64,000 bases of DNA. Source: Leucoraja ocellata. Lineage: Eukaryota. The notes beneath the pieces were generated by a model. That model made no database searches. It worked only from the letters and a program-made list of their open reading frames with translations, and was not told the DNA's origin. The stretch is from positions 3,038,001 to 3,102,000 of the forward strand of contig JAWMAR010000082.1 of assembly GCA_036785375.1 (NCBI GenBank), read 5' to 3'. The translations under genes were made by a program, and so were the position numbers. Below, piece after piece: positions 24,561 through 37,697 of this stretch (position 1 is the first letter of the stretch; each line of letters opens with the position of its first letter).

Positions 24561-26849
24561 GTGCTGCCAGTTTATATGCTCCAATATCATTAATCACCAC
24601 ATCAATATTCCTGCCATTCTCTAGCTTCTCACCATTGAAAAATGTTCTTTTCTTTTGTACTTTCTACCAAAAGGAGCCCTGCATTGCACAAGGTCTCACT
24701 GATCGGGTTTGGAGCAAGTTACTTTGTAAAAATTTGTGCCCAGGGACCCGCTCAAAGTCAGGAGTATTTACGTGGGTCAGCAACCAGCAAGCATCTCTGA
24801 GGAACTTTATTCCACTAGTAATCCCTCCCCCTTTTATCGCTACCAGATCCTTTCAATTATTTCCAAAGAAACAGACCTCTCTAAGCAGATGCACAAAAAG
24901 GGTGAAGGAATAACCAGGATTGAATGTTTACGAGCCAAACACCAGATTAAAATGCTGGTTAAGTAACGACTGATTCTCCTGCAGTCCTTATTAAAGCAAA
25001 TATTGAATTTTTCAATGCTGGATTAGCGATTTTCAATTCATGCATTATGTGCATGATGTGCTATCATTCTTTATTCAAATGAGATATTATTATTACATTC
25101 CCAAACAATAGAAATATAGGTAGATTAGAAAAAGAGTGACATATGCACATTATTTAGTTTTCTTTCTAACAGCAAGGATTTCCCGCATTTATGGGGCAGC
25201 AACTCAAACTGATCTATTGTTGATGAGATTCATTATTGCTTGCATGTACTGATGAGAATTATAAATTCTCCATATACAGTATATGTTAGAATGAAAATTT
25301 TGAACAGTAATATCGTCAATGCAATGCAAACTCTTTCAGAACTGCAAGGGATTTTACCATTACATTCCTGTGACAAGATGTGCTAAGCTGTATAACTCAG
25401 CTTTGCTGGGGACCACTTCACTTTAGCAGAAGCAAATGTCAAAAACCAAAATCTAATTATAGAAAGAGAATTGTGAGAAACTTTAATCATACTATAAATA
25501 AATAGCATGCAATGCAACACAAGAAGGTGTGAATCTTATCACGTAAAGTATAAACCTGTTGAACAAAGCACACTAACGCTACACTGTGTGAGGCCACAAT
25601 ATTTCAGCAAGCAATATTTTTGGCAGCCTCTGTATTGGTAGCCTGCACAACTGATCAGCAAGATATTATTTTACCAAACCACTTCACTTCCCTTCCCCTC
25701 TTCCCACCCACCCACCACTCAGTCTTGGGGTTGAAAGGCTCAGTGTTCAAAACAGATGACAGCTAACACCACACTCATGATTCAATTGAGGAAAGCGTAA
25801 AATAATTCAAATAAAGTATTTGGGGACACTGCTGTGAGTAACCAAGTCATTGTCTGTGCTGGACTGCAAAGTGATTTCAACATCTAAAGATAATCAAACC
25901 AGAGATAACTTTTAGTTTTCAGTTGAAAGATTTGCTCACCTCATTGAAAGAAAGTAGCAGAGATCAGTGACCCTGCTGACAACCACAAATTCATCAACTT
26001 CCCCGTGAATTTTTTAATTTAGATCCCCGTTGAAAACTGAAGGTTAAAGATTATTTTCGTATCATTTTTTAAATTGAACACCAAGCCTGCAAGATTTCGA
26101 CACACAACTGTGACGGGGATGAAAGGGTGAGGGTAAACTTTAACCTACAATGCCTCTCTTGCTGCACCAACCCAGCCTCCACAATGACAACCGTCTGGTG
26201 TACATCACACTGTGCTGTGTAAAGGAGCATATCTGCACTGTGTCACAAACTAATCTTTGCAATTAAGAATGCAACTTCAAAAATAATTATTCGTACACAC
26301 ATGTAAAGAAAACGAGTATTGCAACTGGTGACAAACTACAAGCCAAGCCATTGTGTTTTCCTAATTAAACCTTAAATGTGTCAACAGCACGATGATGTCA
26401 GAACATCCCGACACATTCCCATATTCAGTATGCTCTGCTCTGCTCGTCAAACTCCACTCCGAGTACATGACAGTCACACTTCCTTTTGTTCTAATCTGAC
26501 TACTTAGTGCCCGCTGCAGAGCAATAAACCAAGAGGAACAACTTCCCACACCGACTGGAACTAGAATGTGTCACCCACACAAACGAATGCTCATCCGCAT
26601 TGAGCAGTGGCATTTGGCCATTGGATATCTGTAGGGCACAGCTGCAGCAAGTCCAGTTCATACTGATAACATCAATGGATCAGTAAACAACACTGCAGCC
26701 CTTTTAAAAGGTGTTGGCAATGGTCTGTCTTGACATTGTCGACAGTAATCCAGGAGATAGTGAGCATACAGCAGCTGGAGAGGCGTTACACAGAGTGGGG
26801 CAGCAGAGATGGATGAAGGGTGGGAGGCCCTTCTCGCATTTCTAGACAA

Positions 26850-27090
26850 TATGCGAGGCAGCTATTCAGCCCATCGAGTCTATACTGGCTCTCGGAACCA
26901 TCCTATTCCCCCACTTATTTACCCTGGAACTTGCTGTCTCAGAAGCCCATTAACTCCCAATTCTCACACCATCCACCTGCACTAGAACTAGATTTCAGTA
27001 ACCAATTAACCAACCAACCACCATCTTTGGGATCTGGGAGGGAAGTAGAGTACTGGTGGTCACAGGAACAATGTTCAAACTCCACACAGT
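26850..27090 (-). mobile_element. Degraded SINE
   Basis: accaattaacc...tctttgggatctgggagggaa...ggtcacaggaacaatgttcaaactccacaca. Confidence 0.6.
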
Positions 27091-27439
27091 TTGAAGGGTT
27101 AGATGGAGAGATGGGGGTTGGGTGGTAAAGGAGAGGAAATGGTTGAAGGGGTGGTGAAGCTCAAGAAGGGGCTGAATGAGAGGGGCTTGAAGGACAATAG
27201 TTAGATAGGAGGTTCATAACAAAATATATTAATTTGATCAACTGAAAGATCCAAATGTTTCCCTTGTTTATTCCAAATGTGCACAAAATTTAGGAACATT
27301 GTCACGACGTAACAAGATATTAATTTTCCTTAGCTGTTCACGTGGTGTGGACAATTGAATAAATGTTCGTGCTTCATCTGTGGTAACTGAGACATTTTCT
27401 CATTGCATCGTGTTCTAGAAACAATCCATTTTTACATTT

Positions 27440-28052
27440 TGAAGGACAGGGCCTCTGTGCTGGTGGACAGAGGAGAGGAATGGTGTCAAACAGGCTGGGG
27501 GCACGCCTCCTGCGCCTTTGGAGGTTCCAAGGTCAGCGGTGAGAGGAGTCCCAGTGTTGTGAGAGTCAGAGCGAGTGGTGGCCATGTGAGGCGACTCAGG
27601 GACGGCATGTTTCTGAGATGGGCCAGGTTAATATAGAGGTGGAAAGTGCCGCTGGAAGCCTGCAGCAGCGTGTGGCTCAATTGGATCGGACGCCGCTTCA
27701 AGGAGGTGGAGTATGTGGATCGGACGTGGCCTGGAGTGGTGGTGAAGGACATCGACAACCTCGCCCGACCAGGACAGCCCTGCAACTCCAACCCAGTGCC
27801 GCCGCCAGGACAACAGGCATTTAAGGCAAAGTTAAGAGTCTACATTTTTAAGAACCTTGAAATGTGAAGGTTACAAGATGCTGCTGGAAACGTGGCCATT
27901 CTTGCCTGCTGTCTCAGTGTAATCTACTAGTCTTATACTCCTGTACTGAAGTATGATAGTGCTTATGTATGGTCAGACTTTTTACTAAATTGTATGCAAA
28001 AACTGAATTTCACCATTCCTAGGTACGTGACAACAAAGTACCATTGAACCAA
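27440..28052 (+). mobile_element. Non-coding GC-rich retroposon with Rex1-type 3' tail
   Basis: GC-rich body followed by 'gtatgcaaaaactgaatttcaccattcctaggtacgtgacaacaaagtaccattgaacc'; related to 36-420(-). Confidence 0.5.
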
Positions 28053-28943
28053 TAAATAATTTCTAGTTCTGCCACACCGTCATTGTGAATGTAACAATAC
28101 CTGACAGTGCAAGCTGAAACAGTGTTTGTTACCCAACACTAGCACTGCCAGATGACTTAAATATCTGCAAAGCATATAGAGTTTCAAAAATTAGAGCTAT
28201 TATTAAATAAAACAGGAATACACGATTTACTGACTTTCAACGTTGTCCTTGCTGGCATGATCGGTGAACACAGTACACAATACAAATGGCAGGAACAGCA
28301 ATAAATGCTTTCAATCATAATCCCACGCTTTGGCAATGGATGCTTCTATCCATGGGTGTAACGAGATAGCTGCAGTTCCACCCTTTACTCGGGAAACTTT
28401 CCAAGCTGTATAACCAAGTGCAGATGTGATGCCAGGTTGAAATGAATGCAGCAGGCAGAGGGATACCATTGTCTATGTGCAGGACATTGACCTGGTCAGC
28501 TTGGAACAGGAGACAGCCGTTTGACAGAATATCTCACGTACATGACCGACATGCTCCCCTGAATGTGCTTCGGGGAGGGAATCAGGAATTGGAACCAACT
28601 GCTCTAACTGACATCAGAAGCACAGTCCAAATCAATGGGTGGGAAACAGATAGCTTCCCCATGGTCTGAAATAAAGCAAAGGCTGCCCACTCTGCCCTGA
28701 ATTGCTGCATTGTATGTAGGCTGCAGACAACATGCTGAGGGATGTACTGAAGCCTGGTGTGGTAATGCAAAGACCTTGAGAAAAAAAGAATGCAGTTTAA
28801 GGTCTTTCTGCTGTTAGATATTGAGAGGTTAAATCCCGTGTATAAGCCTCTCAAATGCTTGAAGTTTGTGTTGTCCCATTCAACCACATGAGAGGTAATG
28901 GCGCTAAACCAAAGACATTAAGCCAACAGCACTGCAATTATTA

Positions 28944-29944
28944 GCAATGTTACAAAATTTTGAGATTTTAAACATCAAGTCATTAATTTGACACCTAATT
29001 CACTTTCATATCTTCAGTATTAAAATAGTTATGGCCATTTTCATACTCGGAAATTGGCATCTTGTTCCCTATTGCTTTTTCATTGACTTAACACAAAAGC
29101 TGTGATCGAGAACATTTAAAAGCACATAACTTTCTTAAAATTTAAGAGAACTGAAAGACATTTTCAGTTATTATAGATTGAAGCATTCTGAAACAAATAT
29201 GAAACAATCTTACTTGGATGACTTGAAATTAAAGCATATAGTTTGTTAGTTACCTAATTGTAGCTAATTACAAAATTCAATTACTAGATCTAAACATCTA
29301 TCCATTTCTTAAGAATAGATTAACATTTTTAAATAGCCTAAGTGTTCAAATAACATTCACACAAGAATTCAGAATATAACATAATTTTTAAATCTCATTG
29401 TCATGGGTTTATAGGCCAAATGGAAGGAATTTAATGGTAATACCTGTAAATTAATGGCCTTTTAAATCATCTTGCGAGTGGGATTTTCTGGAACGGGACC
29501 ATTTGGAACGTTGAGGTTGCAGTGATTTAGTCCCCATATCGGCAGCAAATACACTGCCGGTTCGTTCGGGGACTAAATCGCCGTTTTGCAACTTAAAATG
29601 TGAATTAAATACATCTTAAGAAACACTTTTATACATAAAAATAAACTACTTTCTTTTACCTGTCCCCTACATAAAATCCGTCCCAGTTGTCGGCTTCAGA
29701 AGCTGATTTAAAAATCACTCCAGCGATTAACTTGTCGGGCGAATTTTTTTTAAAAACACACAGAACGGCCATCGGAACGATTCTTTAGCAACATCTTGCA
29801 CTCCAACAAAATATAATTAAGGACCAGGTCAGAAATAAATCGCGTTTTAATCCTGCCCCCCCCCCCCCCTCAAACGCGCCAAAATCGCGCACACGGCCAG
29901 TGGCAGAATTGCAGCGCTGCTGAAGGTAAGTATTGTAACATACC
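28944..29944. mobile_element. Unclassified non-autonomous DNA transposon-like element (~1 kb)
   Basis: Imperfect TIR GCAATGTTACAA / TTGTAACATACC flanked by TA; composition is distinct from the flanks (AT-rich left, CpG-rich right). Confidence 0.55.
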
Positions 29945-30259
29945 TATAATTATACAGACTGGATAACACTATGTATGTAAAGATAGCCATGCATTTTTTC
30001 TTGTATATATTTCATAAATAAAGTTTATTTTTCAAATTTTAAAAGGTATTAATACAGCAGGTGCAGAAGATCATTCTAGAAGAACCCAGAAGCTGCAGTA
30101 TAAAACTGAATATTACTGATGTTGGAATATGCTCTATTGTTATAAAATATCTGCTACATATCAATAGATGTTAATTACAAGAGCAAAAGTCTGAAAACCT
30201 TTACAAACTAGACCCAAATTTGCCAAATTAATTTCGGGTCACAAACATGCTATGTAATA

Positions 30260-30355
30260 TCAGTCTGAAGAAGGGTCCCAACACAAAACATCACCCCTCT
30301 GTGTTCTCCAGAGAAGATGCTGACCCGTTGAGTTGCTCCAACACTTTGTGTCTTT
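30260..30355 (+). mobile_element. Penelope-derived mini-element with decayed hammerhead motif
   Basis: tcagtctgaagaagggtcccaacacaaaacatcacc...; TSD CTATGTA (30250-30256 and 30356-30362). Confidence 0.75.
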
Positions 30356-31194
30356 CTATGTAGTAATTTTCATTAAACTCGGGCTCAAGTGATCAATTTT
30401 CAGGTAATTTTACTTTAAGTAATGGTTAGGATTCTGAATGTGTAACAATTTAAAATGTTAAAATGTACTTTCACTAGCTTGAGAAACAAAACAATAATTT
30501 CAATTTCTATTTGGTCCCTTTTTTACAGAGAAAACTTCCCATGCCAAGACCACCACTAGCCTCACACAGTGTTAGCCTCCAAGTTTAATTTCAATACAAT
30601 TGTTGAGTTGCCTCCCTGACTTATTCAGGAAATGGAAGACACCGAGAACCCCCAAGGGCTATCAGAAGGGAGGATACCACTTTTAAAGTAAAGCATTCAA
30701 ATATCACTACAAAGGGGAAATTAAGGCACGTCACTCTGCTACCACTGGCCTGCTTGGACTTTCCCCACAGAGGCGAGGTCAAGGAGTCAAGTGTGTTCAC
30801 CAGCAACAGAAATTATCCACAACAGACTTTAGTCAACAGGGGCAGTCAACTATTGCAAATGTAGGACAAGAATAGCAAGAGCCAGTACACCTCATTTTTC
30901 TAGTTCTCGATAATGTTGGATAACTTTTTTTTCCCCACTCCCTCCTACCATTCTGAGTATTTCCATTTTTGTTGTGTATCGAGGTGTGAAAATCACAAAG
31001 GTGCAAAGCAACATCATGCTTTCTTTCCACTCATTTTGTTCTTTCATCTCTTCACACAATATACCAGCATCATCCTGTTCTTACGTTCTAGCACTAGCAG
31101 CACCAACAATTCACCATCAAGATCTTAATGAAAAGTTGGCTTGTTGTACTCATTAATTATATGTGATGATGCTCTCATGCCAACACATATATAT

Positions 31195-31720
31195 ATCATT
31201 AAAGAATGTAGGAGGCTGCTGAGAGCAGTGACTTCAGCCTGCTCCATCATCGGCACAGCCTTCCCCACCATCAAAACCATCCACATAGAGTGTTGCCTAA
31301 AGAAGGTAGCATCTAACATCAAGGATCCCCATCACCCAGGTAAGGTCCTTTTATCACTGCTACTGTCAGACAGGGGGTACAGAAGCCTGAGGTCGCATAT
31401 CACCAATTACAAGAACAGCTATTTTCCTAAAACTACTAGGTCTTTGAATCAACCCTGCAACCCTAATTGTAGCACAGCAATGGAACACTGTGGACCACCT
31501 CTTGCACTATTATGCACTTTGTCTTTTCTAATTGTGTTTTGCACTAATGTCTTGTTCTTTTGGCAACTTTTTACATTACATTGCAGAATTTACGTATGAT
31601 GTATAATTCATGCTTTGTGAGTGTCTGCATCCAAGTGCCTCTGATGCAAGCAAGATTTTCCATTTTACCTGTACCTAACCGACATGAGCATATAACAATT
31701 AGCCCGACTTGACTTGACTT
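31195..31720 (+). mobile_element. Rex1-type LINE 3' end
   Basis: ORF 31141-31599 contains IKDPHHPGKVLLSLLLSDRGYRSLRSHITNYKNSYFP; tail (GACTT)n. Confidence 0.85.
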
Positions 31721-33417
31721 GAAAGATGTCCTAAGGGAGAAAGCTACTGCAGCAATTCTCCAGGATCCCAACCCCAGATTGATAGGGGTTATCGTGCATC
31801 TCTTGGTGGGCACTGTAGAAATCCTGGAGCACCAACATGCAGACTTCACAAAGGAAAACGAAGAGAAAGGACCCTCAAGAGAGTACAGCTGCTTTTTTTA
31901 AACAATAGATTAGGAAGATATTGGGAATAGAATGGAGAAGCCATGTTATCATCCTAAATCACTTCTGCATGGTGGCAAATGTTTCAGGAGCTTTTTTTAA
32001 AAATGTTGTTGCCATTAAAGTAGTTGCCTAAACTTCAATTGCCTGCAGCAGAAAATTAATATTAATTGTCCAACATGCCAACAATACTAAGTTGCCATGG
32101 CATTGAGAAAATATTTGTCTGTGCAAAATTCACAATCAGCACATGTCATTTTTTGGCAGTTATGATCAAAAGGAAATAAATTGCCAAAGTAATTAAATTA
32201 ATGCAGAGGAGGCAGCTTTAGCACGATCAGCTATGTGGGAGTGGTCAAGGGAATACAAAAATCAGACCAACATATTTAATGATTATTATCAGTATAAGTT
32301 TAAAAAAAAATCCAAGCAAGAAATTTGTTTTCCAAAACTAAACTTATGGGAAGAATTAAAAGTATAAGCAACACACTTAAAGTATAAACAAACAGTCTTA
32401 TTTCAAAATCCCACATTGATTTCAAATCTGTCTGGATTCAATTAGTTTTCATATTAAATCCTCTTTGAAATGGTGAGAGCTTTTAAAATTAAAAGTAATT
32501 AATTCAGGATACAAGAACGTTAATCTATTGCTGTTTTATTTTGATTGATGATTCTGCTGTAACACATGCCCAAACCAGGAGGCCATGGGGTGTAAAATGT
32601 CAACATCCTTCATTCCTCTAGCAGATGGATGAAAAGACAAGGCAGGTCAGAACTCCTCCAACAAGGAAGGTGGCGGTGGAAGGCGTGATTGGTAAGCTCC
32701 TCATCCTTGCTCCCAAATTCTCCCTCTCCCTCCCAAATTATCAAATTTTCACAATGCAAAATAAAATAAACCTCAAAATAAAGATAACAAGGATTTTGGA
32801 TCTGATGCAAATGATTACTTCCACATTCTTGGCAAAGCTTAAAAAAAAGCCGAATGGCTCTTCTTCCAGACAAACGCTTTAAGACAAAAAGGTCCTATTT
32901 CTCAGAGATATCTGGCAAGTATAGTTAAGCATATAACAACGCCTGACCTTTGAACCCAACACCTCCTAAACTGGCAAATAGCCCTGTGGGAATCCAGAAG
33001 AAAACATGTCAGCTCCAGTATGTCATGTTTCCATTCAGGCACAACCAGCACCAGCAGCCATAAAAAGAGGTACAAACCCATGGCCCGGCTTTCATTTCCT
33101 GTCAGCAGTGCTGGGACTTTCAGAGGAAACCATAACACAAAATAAGCAAATGTATAAAAAACTATTTCTTCATGAAAAACAAGACAGTGACTGTGCAGGT
33201 TAGAATGTTTAGGAAAGACAACTATCTTCATACTGAATAAAAACCATAACTTTCTAAAAACCTAAACTTCCAAAAGGGTTAAGGAGAGCAAACGTCACTA
33301 TCCTATTTAATGGAATGATGTACTTCTTTCTGGTTGTTGCTTGCTTTTGCATAACAAATACAAAAGTCAGATAAAATAGCAGATGGCTAAGAGGTGTGTA
33401 GGTGAGGGGTTTTATTT

Positions 33418-33575
33418 AGAGTCATGGGATCATAGTCATAGTCACACAACACAGAAACAAGCCCTTTGTTCCTGCTTGCCCATGCCAACCAAGGTGCCCC
33501 ATCTACACGAGTCCCATTTCACCCATATCTCCCGAAATATTTCCTATCCATGTACCTGTCTAAATGTCCTATGAA
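33418..33575 (-). mobile_element. CR1 3' end fragment
   Basis: gagtcat...acagaaacaagccc...gcccatgccaaccaag...cctatccatgtacctgtctaaatgt. Confidence 0.7.
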
Positions 33576-35524
33576 GGGCATGAACCATTTGGAATTTGTT
33601 AATATCCCTAAATCCAGCGCGACTGTAGGATTTGAAATCTTTAAAGAAAATCTTCACTCTGGAGAAAAGCCAGATTAAAGTGTCTCGCTAATGTTTTCCA
33701 AATCCTGGCAATAAAGAGACATAGATTGGCACTGCTCCTCTTGAAATATTGGTCCAACACAGGATGTTTGCAGTTTTTTTAAAGAAACATGAAGTCAAGA
33801 ATTGCATTTAATTTGGTATACTTAAAATGGAAGTAATTGCTAGTACTGGCTTGTTAATGTAAATAAAAATTTCCCAATGCAGGGATTTAGACTTCTCAGC
33901 TAATTCTGCATTAACACACAAGTACGAGCACAATCGTGGCAGTAGTACCTTATTAATAAGGAACTTGCAAGGAAGCCCTCAAAACATTAGGCAGAAGATA
34001 CCCATTGGACTGTTGAGCAGAGCACATTTAATCAATTCCACCGGGATAGATAATTAACCTTGCAGTGGAAGGACCTAACCGCTCAAGTGCCAAAATGGGT
34101 TAAATTTTACATAGTGGTTTGATTAGAAGCTCTGTGGAATTGCCTCCCAGAGCAGCACAAATGTTAATGTTGAATTAGTTAACAAACATTAGTTAAAGTG
34201 CATCATCCACAACACTCAGAGTAACATCAAACTCACTTCAATTCATTGTACACATGTACAAATCTAGTGCACAACAGCGAATTATACAAAACAATTTCCA
34301 ACAAAAAAAAACCTGCAGCAGGCGAAGTATAACAAAGGAACTTGGACAGGATGAAGTGCCCAGGAAGATATTCAGGGTTTAATCTTGGGATCATTGGCCT
34401 GTTGTCAACGCCTGGAATGTAACAATCAGCAGAGCTCTGCGGGGACTCGACAGAACAAGAATCTCCCACGATGCGAGAAGTTGGGTATGACTCAAGGTTA
34501 AGCTGCCTGGCACAATGAGTTAATTACTTACAGAGGCAGTGAAAGTAGCTCATCTTTTCCATTAGGTTAAAGCAATCTATAACCACCAAAAGTAGTTACG
34601 GCTCTTTTGCTTGGCAACAGGATTTCCTAAGCTAAGGTTTCATAAGAGAATGGAGTGCTCAATGAGAGAGAAAGGTTGCACAGACAATGAGATTTTAGAA
34701 CACAGTGTGTGTTCAACCACTATTAGAGCTGTCTGTGTTTTTTTTTATTGCCGTGCACTAAATATATAAAACAAATAAATATACGGAACATTTAGTGGCA
34801 TAATTGAGATCCTATCCTAGATTGTAAAAACAAAAAAAGGCAATTTAAGAGAAATATGTAAAATAGATCAAAGTGGGAAAACAGATCATGTGCCTTCACT
34901 CTGCAAGCATCAACAGGCTCAGTCTTGGTTTCCCAAAATTACTTCTTGGTTGTTATCCCTACGGCAGTAATCTAATATCTAATCAATTTATTCACATAAC
35001 CTTCATACTTAATAACACCCAACGAATTCAAGGGCAACTAAGAATCTCATCAGCAGGAACAGCAAATTATAGCTCATTCCAATGTGCAAATCCACGTATT
35101 GTGGTAATTCTTGAATGAGTGAAGTGTTTAACTGGGCATTTCAAGAAAGGTCTTAAGCAAATCAAGGACCTTTCCTCGATTTAAACCAGCATTTGCAGTT
35201 CCATCCTACGTAAGGGCCTTTCTTCCCAGATTGCAAGCCCAGATTAGAAAGCCCATCCCCCCTCAATCCTGATGGATATATAGAGAACCCAACTTGTAAA
35301 GAGATGTTATCTCATCAACACACTGTACTAGACAAGAGCATTCCATTTAAAGAGCTTATAGAGTTATACCCAATGAACTCATATGGTATCTTTACCAGCT
35401 GAACTCAAATGCCCATTTTGAACAGAAAAACAAAGTGCCAACAAGGCACATCCCTGATCCCCCGTTTCTGTCCCATACATCTCAACGGCGGAAATCGGAG
35501 GTGCTTTCATGAGTCCTTTCATCA

Positions 35525-36160
35525 GTTTATCAAGGAGTACAAATATCTCGGAGTTTGCCTGGACAGTAAACTGGACAGGTCCAGGAACGCTGAGGCCCAG
35601 TACAAGAAGGGGCAGAGCTGGCTGTACTTTTAGAGAAGGCTCCGCTCCTTCAATGTCTGCAGTAAGATGTTCTACCAATCGGTGGTCGCCAGTGTCATCT
35701 TCAATGCTGCCGTGTGCTGGGGCAGCAGGGCGAAGGCCGCAGACACTAACAGGATTAACAAGCTCATCAAGAAGGCTGGCTCCGCCCTGGGGGCGGAAGT
35801 GGATTCATGGGAGGTGGTCTTGAAGGGGAGGATGCTCCTCAAACTGTGGAGCATCTTGGACAATACAACTCACCCCCTCCATGACACACTGGTCAACCTG
35901 AGAAGGACCTTCAGCAAAAGTGGTTCCACCAAGATGCAGAACGCCATAGGAGATCCTTTTTCCCCAGTGGCTATCAAACTGTACAACTCCTACCCCTTCT
36001 GTCGTGGGGGTAGACTGACTCCCCCCCCCCCCCCAATCTTTGCACATCCCCAATCCTTTTCACTCGTCACTTTAATTTCATGTTCCATGTATCTTGTGTT
36101 TTATGACTGTTGGCAGATCAATTTCCCTCCTGGGATAAATAAAGTTCTATCATATCATAA
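35525..36160 (+). mobile_element. 5'-truncated Rex1/Babar LINE (second subfamily)
   Basis: EYKYLGVCLDSKLD...YKKGQSWLYF and MFYQSVVASVIFNAAVCWGS...HPLHDTL; 3' end 'cctcctgggataaataaagttctatcatatcat'. Confidence 0.9.
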
Positions 36161-36920
36161 TCATGTGAGGGTAAACTCGAAATGGCAAACCTGGATGGAG
36201 TCCCTGCTCAGGTTCGGGAAATGTGCACCGTTCTCACCCCTAGCCTTCGCCAACATCTTCAACCTCGCACCTCAACAGGCTACTGTCTCCATCTGCTTCA
36301 AGAAAACCTCCATCATTCTAGTCCCCAAGAAAAATAAAGTGACTTGTCTCAATGCCTAGTAGCTCTAACATCAACAATAATGTAGTACTCTGAAAGTTTG
36401 GTAATGGCCTACATTTGTGAAAGTCTTCACGATAATCGAAACCCCTTGCAAATTTGCATACAGGAAAAATAGGTCAATGGAGGACACTATCTCGTTTGCA
36501 CGACATTCAGCTCTGGATCATCTCGATCATGAAAGCACTTATGTCAGGATGCTATTTATTGACTGTAGCTCATACTTCAACACCACAATACCAAATAAAC
36601 TCATCCCTAAACATCTGGATTTTGACCCTGGTACCTCCATCTGCAACTGGCTTCTGGACCTCCGTCGATTAGAATTGGTCATAACACTTCCTCCACCTTG
36701 ACCCTTAACATTAGTAACTTCAGGTTATGTGCTCAGTTCCCTGCTCTACTCACTGTATTTCCATGGCTGTGTGGCCAAGTACAATGCCACGCAATCGTTA
36801 AATTTGCCGATGATACCGGTATTGTTGGCGAGATCAACAATAATGATGAGACAGAATACAGAAAAGAGATCAAAAACCTAGTGTCATGGTGTCAGAACAA
36901 CTTAGTCCTTATGTCAACAA

Positions 36921-37059
36921 AGGGTAGAAGATTGCAACCTTCACGTGGTCCACCTTGTTTCGACTAATGCAATCATATCAACGTGCACAAACGGAAGATC
37001 AAATAGAACAAGTTGTCCTACAACTTTAGGCTGCGCACGCCGCACAAAAGAAGAAGAAG
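36921..37059 (+). mobile_element. 139-bp orphan insertion with (AAG)n tail
   Basis: Perfect 8-bp TSD GTCAACAA (36913-36920 and 37060-37067); interrupts the Rex1 'LNVNKTKE' motif. Confidence 0.85.
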
Positions 37060-37603
37060 GTCAACAAGACAAAAAGTTGTTTGGTGACCTAAGGAAGCGT
37101 GGAGGCAAAAATAACCCTGTCCTCATCAACGGAGTTGCTGTAGAGATGGTCAACATCTTTAGGTCCTGCGGAATGTGTATCACCAACAAACTAACCTGGT
37201 CCCTTCACACTGATGTGGTTATCAAGAAAGCACAACGGGGTCTTTACTTCCTTAGATGTTTGAGAAGATTCGCAAGACCACGAGAATTCTCTTGACTTCT
37301 ACAGAGGCAGTCGAGAAGGATACTTTGTTATGGCAACTGCTCCGGCCTTGACTGCCTAAACCTGCAGAGAGTGGAGACAGCCCAGTCTATCACTGGTCAT
37401 CGCTCACATCCATCCTGTCCATCTGCACGGTGTGTTGCATCAGGAAGGCTGGAAGTGTCGTCAAGGTTGGACATTCCTTTTTCTCTCTTCTATCTTCAGG
37501 GTAAAAAAAAACTGGAGTATGAAAGCCCGCGTGTCAGGAACTTAGAACAAGAACAGCTGCTTCCTCACTGCTATCAAATTCCTGAAGCAATCAGCGCTTT
37601 CAC

Positions 37604-37697
37604 GTCTGAAGGGTCTTGACCCGAAACGTCACACATTCTTTCTTTCCAGAGATGCTGCCTATCCCGCTGAGTTACTCCAGCATTTTGCATCTACCAT
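37604..37697 (+). mobile_element. Penelope-derived mini-element, 3-nt deletion in the hammerhead core
   Basis: gtctgaagggtcttgacccgaaacgtcac...; 9-bp TSD CGCTTTCAC (37595-37603 and 37698-37706). Confidence 0.85.

Noticed and set aside
35667-36359. 230-aa ORF as a host gene
   Set aside because: It is a read-through of one Rex1 C-terminus and 3' UTR into a second, older Rex1 fragment.
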